Of a DNA stretch of 64,000 bases, positions 9,595 to 20,300 are shown piece after piece. This stretch comes from a virus, in IMG/VR virus record IMGVR_UViG_3300015615_001189, positions 8,497 to 72,496 of that record; one strand, 5' to 3'. The notes below the pieces were generated by a model. The model saw only the letters and a program-made list of their open reading frames with translations, searched no databases and was not told the DNA's origin. The position numbers were made by a program, and so were the translations under genes. Numbering within the stretch: the first letter of the stretch is position 1; each line of letters begins with the position of its first letter.

Positions 9595-10434
9595 ATGCCT
9601 CACGATCGCAACGGAAACATCCTCAATATCGGCGACGCAGTATTGCTCCCCGCTCGCGTCACGCACATCACACCGAACGACACGGCGTGCAACGTTACCA
9701 TCGAAGCGACGCAGCCGGACGATGACGCGAACGAATACAAACCGCAGGTGACGTGCAATGCACGCAGTGTGTTGCTGTCGCCATCGGCTGTCGAAGATAT
9801 CGTCGGAGCCGCAGCCCTGCGCGCCGCGCTCGATAAAGCTCTCGCTGAGGAGGAACTGGCGACGCACGAAGTGGAGAAGGCCCGTGAGCAACGCGATGCG
9901 GCGCAGGCTCAACTCGCCGAGATTTCCTGCGAGGCGATCGAATTCAACGCCGGACTAGCGCTCTACCGCGAAGGCAAGCCGCTCCCCGATGCCGCAAGCC
10001 CTGCCGCGCGCCTCGGACATTCACTGCTCAACACGGAGCATGTCTTCGACGCTGAGCCTCAACCGCCGATCGACAATGAGCACGTCGCACCCGGCGCAGA
10101 GCAGTTTGCGGTGGGTGGCACGACCGCGAAGACGAAAGGCCTCCCGTTTGGCACCGCGATCGAAGCGGCGAAGGCTGGCGCCCGGATTGCCCGCGAAGGC
10201 TGGAACGGCAAGGGGATGTTCGTCACGCTCAAGAAGGGCGCGGTGGACGACTCGCTCGCGCCACTGAAGGGCAAAGTGGACGGCGTGGATGTGAACCTTT
10301 TCGACCGGCACGACCCGGGCGTGGCGACGCGCCTGCCGCACCTCGCGATGCGCACGGCCACGGGCAGCACGCTCAACGGCTGGCTCGCGTCGCAGACGGA
10401 CATTTTGGCGGAGGATTGGACGATCCTCGACTAA
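9595..10434 (+). CDS. DUF2829 (Tad2-like) domain fusion protein
   Basis: C-terminal RIAREGWNGKGMFV ... GWLASQTDILAEDW; N-terminal beta-rich domain and coiled coil. Confidence 0.8.
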   Translation: MPHDRNGNILNIGDAVLLPARVTHITPNDTACNVTIEATQPDDDANEYKPQVTCNARSVLLSPSAVEDIVGAAALRAALDKALAEEELATHEVEKAREQRDAAQAQLAEISCEAIEFNAGLALYREGKPLPDAASPAARLGHSLLNTEHVFDAEPQPPIDNEHVAPGAEQFAVGGTTAKTKGLPFGTAIEAAKAGARIAREGWNGKGMFVTLKKGAVDDSLAPLKGKVDGVDVNLFDRHDPGVATRLPHLAMRTATGSTLNGWLASQTDILAEDWTILD

Positions 10435-10456
10435 CGGAATTCACCACACCGAGAAA

Positions 10457-10542
10457 GGGGCTGGCGTTGTTGTAGCACCCTGCGAATCCGGTTGAGCCTG
10501 TGCTGGCTCGGCCTCGCAGTGAACAGCGCCAGCCCCGCTTTG
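10457..10542 (+). terminator. Long multi-stem hairpin, terminator or structured RNA
   Basis: GGGGCTGGCGTTGTT (10457-10471) pairs with AACAGCGCCAGCCCC (10522-10536); inner stems CTGCGA/TCGCAG and GAGCC/GGCTC; followed by GCTTTGTT. Confidence 0.6.
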
Positions 10543-10584
10543 TTCGGTATTGAATGCCGAACGGGATGTGGTAGAAGCGCGGAC

Positions 10585-11343
10585 ATGCCGCAACCCGCCT
10601 TCTCTGCGCCATCGCTCAACCCTTCCAGCGAAGACACTGGCTTCACGGAATACCTCAACCGGCACGGCAACCTGCTCGGCGGCGCGTTGCATCCGGCGAC
10701 CAACACGTTTTTTGGCGGACAGTTCAAGGGCAAGACGCCGGGGCAGGCGCGGGAAATTTTGCTCGGCATGTATCGCGGCGGGCAGACGCCGGGAGCGGGA
10801 CGCGGGCCGGGGGGCGGACTCACGACAGGCAGGGTGCAAGGTGGCGGGGGACTCACGCCGCAACGGACGTGGGACTCGTGGTTTGGCGGGGGCGGTATTC
10901 AGGGATCGCGCCACAACATCGCCAGCGTGGAAGCCGCCGCGAAGAACGGAACCGCTTTTTCGCCCAGCCGAACGGTGCTCGATCGATTCACTGGCGTTTC
11001 GCCGAGCACGAAACCGAGATCGCCGCTGCCCACGACAGATGATCTGCGTGTAGCAGTGCCGCTCGACCAGCAAATAGCAAACATCGGCAAGCCGAGCGGT
11101 TCGCCGCCGCCATCCGGGGCGCGGACGGTCAGTGCAGCGGCGTTGGCGGGGATGGGCTACAATCCAAATCGTACGCCGGGACTTCTCCCCGGACAGGAAG
11201 ACCCGGTTCGACGACTGACCCCCACGACGGTCAGCGCGAGTGATCTTGCGGCGAAGGGCTACGATGCCAACCGCACCCCGGGGCTGAACCCATCGGAACC
11301 TGATCCGGCGGAGAAAATGAAACGCGTAGCCTCGAAGCCGTGA
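10585..11343 (+). CDS. Gly/Pro-rich hypothetical (possible internal virion) protein
   Basis: ATG at 10585; internal repeat TVSA..LA..GY..NRTPGL x2; directly upstream of giant gene. Confidence 0.65.
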   Translation: MPQPAFSAPSLNPSSEDTGFTEYLNRHGNLLGGALHPATNTFFGGQFKGKTPGQAREILLGMYRGGQTPGAGRGPGGGLTTGRVQGGGGLTPQRTWDSWFGGGGIQGSRHNIASVEAAAKNGTAFSPSRTVLDRFTGVSPSTKPRSPLPTTDDLRVAVPLDQQIANIGKPSGSPPPSGARTVSAAALAGMGYNPNRTPGLLPGQEDPVRRLTPTTVSASDLAAKGYDANRTPGLNPSEPDPAEKMKRVASKP

Positions 11344-11347
11344 AGCA

Positions 11348-14300
11348 ATGGCGATCCGCACCTTTGAGGACGACGAAGATGAGACGCTGACGGGCACCGC
11401 GCCCAAGCCACTCGCGGAAACGATCGAGCCGCCCACCGTGACGCGAGCACGCGCCGCGTTGAATCCGAGCATCGACACCTCGCGCGGGGACGCGACGCAA
11501 TTTCGCGGCGACGTCGCGAATTGGTTTGCACCGGAGGTGAAGGCGGCGACACGCGCGAAGGAACGCGCGGCGGATGCGCAAGATGTGCTCGACCGCTTCA
11601 CGACGACGCAGGCGGCAAAGGCGCAGGCGGCGAAGGTGAAGGAGCAGGCCGCTGCGAACAAGCAGGCCAAGAAGGACGACAAGGCGCGAGTCGAAGCGGA
11701 CTTTCGCCAGCGCGGGGTGCAATTTTTCACCGACGCGAATGGTGACATTCAGCCGGACAAAGACGAGGCCGGGAACATCCGTTTTCACAGGAAACAGGGC
11801 GACATTCAGTATGACGAAAAGACGGGCGCGGCCTTTCGCGAGAATCGCACGGAGAAAGGAACGAAGGAACGCGAAGACCTGGACGCGAACGCCCCGATCG
11901 CGCCGCACGCCAAACAGCCCGGGCGGTTGTTCAAGCAGAACAAAAAGACGCCATGGACCGACCTCGGCACGATCGAGGACGGATTGCAGAGCGACGATCC
12001 CGCGATTCGCGCCGCAGCGGAAGCGGCGCGGCCCGGCCTGCAAGAGCATCTGACCAAGGCGGCCCGTGCGGGATTTGTGCGCCGGCGGCAGGAGATCGGT
12101 GCCGAGGAACTGGAGGCAGCGAAGGCGTTCGGGGCCGCGAAGACGCGGAGCGAAGCGATCGCGACGCGGATTGCCGAGCTCGAGCCGATTGCCAAACAGC
12201 AAGAAGGATGGATCGGATTCCAGAAACCGACCGCAGCGGCGAACGCGGCGAAGACGGAGATGGATGCGCTTTTGGCAGAGCAGGGGAATTTGCCGATCGC
12301 CGACCGCAGCGCCGAGTTCAAAGAGCGGCGCGAACGCATCACGCTTGAAACCGAGGCGTTCAACGCCAGCGTGGCGAAGCTCGGCAGTGTCGAGGCGGCG
12401 GCAGAGGAACGGCGGGAGGAGATCGCGGCTGAGGGCGGCGATCCCGACACGGACCCGGTGTTGCTGGCGCTCGACGAGGCGCGGGAGAAAGCGGGACTGC
12501 CCAAGCGCGCTGACTCCGAGAAACTGAAGCAGCAACGCGGAGAAGCGGCGTTGCGCGAGCGCCCGGAGTTCGATGCCTTGCTGAACGAGCGCGACGCGTT
12601 GAACGCCGAAGCTAGCCGGCGCAATGATGGGCTGAGCGCACGGGCGGCGGAAATGGAAGCGGGCCTCGCACCGCTCCGCGCACAACTGGACGAGGGCGAA
12701 GCGCAATTCAACGAGCACTCTACCCAGGCCGAGGGTGCACGAGCCGAGCTCGAAAAACTTTTGCCCGGCGAAGGCGACTTGGGCGCGCGGCTGGGTGCGA
12801 TGAAGCCGGCGGAGTTTCTGCGCGTGCAACCCATCCTTTCGCGCCTGAATGCGAGCGAAGAAGCGATGCGGCGGATTCAGGGCACGCTCTCGCCGATGCG
12901 CGATCAATTCAATGCGCAGGTGCAGGAGGGCAACGCAGCGTTGAGCAAGGAACAGGAATCGGCGCGCACCGCGATGCAGGAACGATACGACGCGCTCAAT
13001 GGGAAGCTCGACGCGGCGAACACGAATCTCGCCCAGGAGGCACTGCGCGCGAATCTGCCGACTCTCGGTAAACAGGCACTGGAGGCGGACGCGACGCTGG
13101 AGAAGCAGATGCGCGACCGACTCGCGAGCGATCCGGCCTATCGCGAGCGATTGCAGGGAATGACGCACGGCACAGGGCGGCGGCTGGACCTCATTGAACT
13201 CGCCGCAGTGGACGCGAAACATCCCGAGATGCTGGACGACTTCGCGCGAGCGAAGCGATCCACGGCAATGCGGGCGAGAGTCGATGAAGACTTTGGGCGC
13301 GAGCAACTGCTCAACAAAATCGAGCAGCCACTTTGGCGAGACATCTCGCATGGACTGATCCGCGGCACGGCGAAGTTTAGCCTGCCAGGGATGGCGCTCT
13401 ACGGAATCGAACTGGTGGAGGGTTTGATGGCGCCGATGTCCGACGCGATGACCGGCCAGAAATCGACGGGGACGGCGGCGAGCCTCAACGCACGGATGGA
13501 GGAAGGGCTCGAGCTTCTATTTCCTCGCAGCACGGACGCACCGGAACTGATGAGCACCGACGCCGAGGGGAAACTCGCGGTGGACTGGAGCGCGTTGAAG
13601 AAAGCAGGGTGGTGGGCGAATAACCTGCCGGAGAATGTACCGCAGTTTGTCAGCACCATGGGCGTGCTGGGGTTGGCGGAGAAATTCGCGCTCGGCGGTA
13701 AATCGGTGAATACGGCCCGCGCCACATTGCGCGCGGCGCAGACCGGGGAGCGCATCGCACCCGAAGCGTTGAAAGCGGCCGAGAAGACGCTGCGTAGTTT
13801 TCAGCGACGGCTCGCCGTGGGCACGGGGATGCTGATGGAGTCGCAGGCGCAGATCGAGGATGCGCGCGAACACCGCGGCGGACGACTGACCACGAGCGAT
13901 TATGCGCTGGCGACGGCCACTGGATTGTTGGCGGGCAGCCTGGAAGGAGTGAACGAGGCGGCGATGTTCAACCAACTTCGCAAGCTCTTCGGCGGGGCGG
14001 CGAAACCCGCGCAGGAAGCGGCCAAGCAGGAAATTTCCCGGTCGCTGACCGAATTTGCGAAGCGGCTCGCGAAGGGCGCCGCGCCACAGATGGGTGTCGA
14101 AGCGGTCACCGAGGTGCTGCAAACCGGCATCGAAAACGCAGCGGCAAAGCTCGGCTGGGATCCCGAGCGTGACGTGCGCATGGGGATGCTGGAGGCGGCA
14201 ATCATTGGCGCGGTCCTGCCGGCCGCGGCCTACACCGCGGGGCAGGCCGTGGACGTGCAGCGGGGCAAGCGTGGCCTCGACGCGCAGCAGGCTGCGCAGC

Positions 14301-17300
14301 GATCGACGATCGACGAACTGGCGACGATGCACGGGATGTTTTCCCCGGACGTGGTGCAGCAGAGCGTGGCGATGGTGCCGACGGACAGTGCGCGGGCGCT
14401 CGGCGCACAGGACACGAGCGATTTGCATCTGCGGGTGGCCGAGATCGACGCGGAGATTCAGGCGAAGCAGGATCAACTCGCAGCCCCGGCGAAAGCGGGA
14501 CTCGTGGACCGGGCGCTGGGAGCGGATCGCGAAGCGCGCAACGCGACCAGCCAGAGCATCATCGAACTTTACGAGCAGCGGCGCCAACTGATCGACGCGG
14601 GCTTTGCCTCGCGCGAGCTCGCAGACGCGGCGGAGCAAATCGACAGCCTTCCCGGCAGCGAAAAGTTTGCCGGGCAAGACCCGTCCGCGGTCGCAGCGAC
14701 GCAGAACGTGGCGCGCGGCCTGGTGAAGCTCGCAAGCGGGCAGCCGATGGAGGCGTTGACGGCGGCGGAGCGTGCCGCCGTGGAAGCGCCCGCGCCGGAT
14801 GGATTGCCACGCGTGGAAGAGGTGGCTGGTCAGATCGTCATCACGCAGGGCGCGATCGATCGTCTCCGCGACGTGGCCCCCGCCGCGGCGACGCTGATCC
14901 GCTCGAGCGAGGCGGAGCGCCGAGCCGCCATACTGCAACCGCCAGCAGAAGAAACAGCAGAGCCAGCGACGAGCGGTAAAGTAGGCACCACGCAGCAGCC
15001 ACAAGGCACAGGGACAGGAGAATCGGCTTCATCGTCAGGGCAAGACGGCGCCGGAGTGTCGGCGTCCACAGGAATTTCGCCAGCCCGAGAATTGAGCGAT
15101 CCCGAGACGCGCCGGGCGCGAGTGCTGGCCAAGGCGCTCACCGGGAAAGGCGTCGATGCCGCCGAGGCGGAAGCTTTCGCAAAGCAATACGTGATCGAGC
15201 ACGGGCAGGCAGAGGATATCGGTGTGCAGCGCCCGAAGTTCGAGCAAGCCTTTGCCGAGCGCGGGCTGCCGAGTTTCGAGGTCGAGGTGGAAGGCGAAGC
15301 CTCGCCCCGTGTGGTGAGAGCGGCCACCGAGGACACCGCGCGCGAACTCGTGGCCGGCGACCCGAAAACCAAAGGGATGGTGCGCGGTGTGGTGAAGGTG
15401 GCGGAGGCTCCTCAAAAAGCGAAGCAGCCCAAGGCCAAGCCAACCACAGCGGCAAAACCAACGGCCCCGCCGGCGAAGAAGAAGCCGAGCGAGGAAGACG
15501 ACTTTTTCGATCAATCCCGCCAAGTGCTCGAACGGCAGCGCGGGACGGCCTTGGACAAACAAACGACGGACCAACTGCGGGAGGCGGTCCGGCAGATTTT
15601 CCCGGCGCTGAAGCGCTGGCGTGGTGCGTTTAGCGGGCTCGGCTGGAGAGCGGACAGCGTGCAATCGGGCGGGTTGTTCCTCACGCCGGACGGCACGCTG
15701 GGGCTCTCGCTCGAGGACATCCTGCGCGAACGCCGCATCTACGAAGAGGGCGGCGGCGCAGAACTGGCCGTGCTCGAGGAGGCGGTGCACGCGCTGTCGG
15801 AGGATTTGCACCGGCGCAAGGTGATCGACCTGGACGCCATCTGGAACGAGTGCCCGGAGGCGATCAAAGCCGCGGTGCGCGCGGCCTACAAGGCAGACAA
15901 TGACTACCAGCATTCGCGGGAGTTCTGGCGGATGCTCATCCAGGGTCGGCTCAACCTCGGGCCCGGCGGGTGGAGCATCGACGGCAAGCCGATAGTCACT
16001 GAACAGATCAACCCCGGTTTCCTCGCCACCATCCGCAAGGCGCTGGCAGAGCTTTTCAAGGTCTTCAGCGACCTTCGCCGGAGCCTCACCGATGCGGGCG
16101 CCAGCCAGGATTACATCACCGAAGTGGAGCGGGCGCGTGATTTGACCCTAGAGCGGATCAAAGAAATCGATGCCTACGGCAAAATTTCGCCTGACGCTGG
16201 ACCTGCTGCGCCGTCTTTAAAGGGTGATGAATCCGCTCAAGCCAACGCCTCGATTCCAAATCAACCCGCTGCTGTGCCCGAAACCGCCCCCGGAAGTGAA
16301 GGCGGACCCGGTACAGATGCAACAGTGGAGGGCGGACCTGTTCGAAGCATGCTGCCTGATGACGGACGTGGAGGCGCTGATTCGCAGCGTGAAGCCGGGG
16401 GACGCGGACCGGAAGATCCCGGCGCAGGTGCGGTAGGCGACCCGCTCGGCGAGTCCATCACGCTCGGCGGTGAGGTGATCCCGCTCGGCGCGGCATGGGA
16501 AGCGGCTGACCAATCCGGCACCGACGTGTATCGCGGCAAATGGGCGCTGGTGCCGCTCGATCGTGTGGACGTGCAGCGCCAGCTTGGCGAAGGGCAGAAC
16601 CGCATCGATCGCGTCGAAACCGGGCGCGCGGCCCGGGTGGAGATGAAGCGCAATCTGCACGCGGGGAATGTGCGGCTGAAATGGAGCGACTCGCCGGGCA
16701 TCGACACCGGTGCCCCGGTAATGGAAACCAACGGGCGTGTCTTGAGCGGCAATAATCGCACGCTCGCGCTGCTCGAAATGCAGGAGGAGCAGGGCGGCAA
16801 GGCCGCGATCTACGACCAGGCCGCACGCGCCGAGGCGGCAAAGCTCGGGTTGGACACGAACGCGTTTCCCGGACGGGCCGTCGGTCTTATCCGTGTGGTC
16901 GAGCCGGGCTTGAGTGGGCGAAGCACGGAGGAGTTTGTGGAGCAAACCAACACGGCGGCGGTGGAGCAACTGAGCGAGGCGGACAAAGCGGCGCAGGATC
17001 GGGCATTGCTCGGCGAGCCGGGACTGCTCGAAAGCCTCAACCCGCTGGAGGATGGACGGTTCAATACCGATTTCCTCAACGCCTTCGATCGGGCGCTGGG
17101 CAGCCCGAAAGAATTGCGCAAACCGGACGGCGCGCTTGATCTCGCCAAAGTGGAGCGCCGGGCGCAGGCCGCGCTGCTCTCCCATCTGCTCGGCACCGGC
17201 CAAGGCGCGGATGCAGTGCTCGTATCGCTCCTGAGCAACCTGACCACGCCGGGGGTGAAGCAGGTGGTGGCGGGACTGGCGAAGGCCGGGCCCGCACTAC

Positions 17301-20300
17301 TGCACGCGGCGGCGCTCAATCCCGACGTCGCCGGCCGAGTGATCGCCACCACGGGGCGTGCGTTGACCATGCTGCTGGACTACCGGCGCGCGCGTGACGC
17401 CGGCGAAGTGCAAAGCGTGCGCGACTGGCTGGCGCAGGGGAATCTTTTCGAGAGCGCGCCCGATACGCTGTTTGAGAAGGTGCTCGAGCGGCTGAGCACG
17501 GCGCGCAGCGCAAACGCGGTGAGCGAGTCTTTCCTGCGCTTCGCGAAGGCGATCGAGGACTATGGCGACCCCGGCCAAGAGCGGCTTTTCGGGCCGGAAC
17601 CTGCGCCGGACCCGCTGGCGTTTCTCGGCACCCAACCGCAGACATCCACGGTGGCTGAACGCCTGTGGGACATCGCGCAAGCCGAGCCCATGGAGAACCG
17701 CGCGCTGACCGCAGAGGAGGTGGCGCGGTGGAGCCGGGTGTATCGCACGCTGCACGAACAGGAACGCGCTGGCACACCGCTCAATGGCGGGCAGCGGGCG
17801 ATGTTCGAACGCGCGGAGCGAATGCTCGGGCAGCGGCTGATGTTTGGCGATGAGACGAAAGCGGCGCGGCCGATGGAGGAGTTCCGGCTCGAGCAGGAGA
17901 CGGTGAGAGTCGCGGAGCCTCGGGCAGAACAAGGGATGCTCTTTACGCAGCCGCAGGAAGACGCGCAGACCGTGGCGGATGCCACCCCGACGCGTCCCGC
18001 GGGCACGATGGCGGAGGCAGGGGCGGCGGTGTCTGCGTTGATCGGGGAACCGATCACCAACCGCGATGATGGCATGGTTGCGACCATTTCCGGCAACACT
18101 GCCAGCAAGATGCTAAGTGGGAGCGCGCTGAAAAAATCCGTGAGCCCCCAAGCCCACTTCGCTGCCGTGGCGCACGTCGATCAGTTGTTTGCCGGAGGGG
18201 TGCGCGGCGCGAGCGGCCCGGACATCGACGGCGATCCCAACATTCGTGCGATGCACCGCTATTATGCGCCGCTGCGATTTGGGGGCGAAACCTTGCTCGC
18301 AAAACTCACCGTGAAGGAGTTCGCGAGAGCATCGGAGGGGAACCGCATCTACAGCGTGGAAGCACTGGAAATAGTGAAGCCCGCAAGGAACTGGGTGGCC
18401 TCCATCTCCGCTCAAGAGCGGCGGAATTACACCCCACAAGCGGGCTTCGAGGAGAAGATACTGGCGAAGATCGATGCGGTCAACCGTGCCGCTGACGACA
18501 CTCTACGCTCGCAGCCGCAGCAAGCCGCCTCGCCAGAAACGGCTCAGCAACTTACTGACGATGAGCGCATGGCCCGCGAAGGAGGGAAGCGAATTTTTGA
18601 TCTCGGCGATGGCTTGCAAGTGACCCGAGCCGGTGGGGAGACGCGGCGCGAACTCCTGGACGAAATCTGGCCGATGTATCAACGGGCCTACGGTGCGATC
18701 GGTGCACAGTACAGCAGCCCGGAGGCGTTGCTTTCTGAGCCCACTCTTTTTGATGTGGTGCGCACCGCCGATGGGCGCGCGCTCGCGTTCAACGTCAACA
18801 AAATCACAGATTGGGGTTACAAAAGCGTGGCCTCGGGGCAGGATGGCACCGAGGAGGGAAAGCGCGCATGGCGCACGAATCATCGGCGCTTAAAGAACGA
18901 GGGCTACTACGGCGAGTTCAGCGGCGCGCCTCGTCACATCGCGGAGAAGGAGAATCTCCCGACCGTTCCAGCGGCGGAAGCAGCTCGCATCCTCGGCAAG
19001 ACGGTGGCAGCGCTTCCCGATGGGGAGGCATACACCCGAGAAATTACAATTAAGGGGCTGACGGAGCCGCACGAGAAGCGTATGTTTGGCTTGCCCGTAC
19101 TATGGAAATCTCGGATCACACCAAGCGAATCATCGATGAGCTCAAGCGAGCAATCGACGACCCCAGCACCCCCGATGAACAGCGGGCCGAGTACCGAGAC
19201 GAACTCGCCGCCATCGCCGACGGATTCGCCCACGAAGACGTCCTCTCCGACGACGAGCGAGCCGAATACTCCGCAGATCGGCAGCAGCGAGGCTGACACG
19301 CTCCGATCTCAGCCGCAAACGTTCGATCTCGGCACGCGCGGTCTGGAGTTGTTCGACCGGCTTACCCCGCAACAACAGGCAGTAGCGATTGATCTGGCGC
19401 GGCGGCTCTCGGAAGCGAGCGCGGCAGACAAGGCTGCCACTGCCGCCAATCCCTCGCCGACCGAGCCGCAAAAGGAGGCAGGAAATTACCGCAAAGGGCA
19501 CACGCGGATTGCCGGGCTCGACATCAGCATCGAGAACGCCGCAGGCAGCGAGCGGAGTGGCACGGATGGCGACGGCAAGGGGTGGAGCGTGACGATGGGC
19601 ACGCACTACGGCTACATTCGCCGCACCGAGGGGAAGGATGGCGATCATGTGGACGTGTTGATCAAACCCGGCACCCCGGACGACTGGACGGGCACGGTGT
19701 ACGTGGTGAACCAACCAAAGCGCGACGGCGGCTTTGACGAGCACAAAGTGGTGCTCGGCGCGGCCACCGAGGAAGAGGCTCGCGCCCTTTATCTGTCGAA
19801 TTATTCGCCGGGCTGGAAAGTGGGGACGATTGCGCCGATGGCGATGGACACGTTCAAAACGTGGCTGGCAAAGGGTGATCTCACGAAGCCTGCACGGGTA
19901 CCGCGCGCTGCGTATGGATGGGTGAGCACCGGGACACCGGCTGAGCTCGTGCGGAGCAACCTCGCTCGCGCTGACGCGATAGCGGCCACGTTCGATAATA
20001 TCCCAGGCGTAGAGCCGGACGATGTGCGGCAAGTGGCACGAACGGCGCTCTTCCGGGCGGCGCGCACTTACGGCGAAAATCCGAGGAGCGATGAGTTCGG
20101 CGGGCTGGCGGCGACAGCGATCAAGAACGCGCTGCGCTCGTTCTACCAACAGCGGACGCGTGATCGCAATGTGCCGACGCTCGACGTGCAGCAGGATGAA
20201 GACGCGGCGCCCGGCTCGGCGCTCGTCGCCGAGCAAAGCGCGGACGTGGTGCGCAACGCGACCCGGGACGAGGGCTTCGGGGTGCTCCGCGAACTTGTCG

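Noticed and set aside
11231..13351. 706-aa minus-strand ORF and similar long antisense ORFs (e.g. 31190-32731, 36115-38124, 28870-29991)
   Set aside because: Shadow ORFs of GC-rich genes on the opposite strand, with no motifs or start signals
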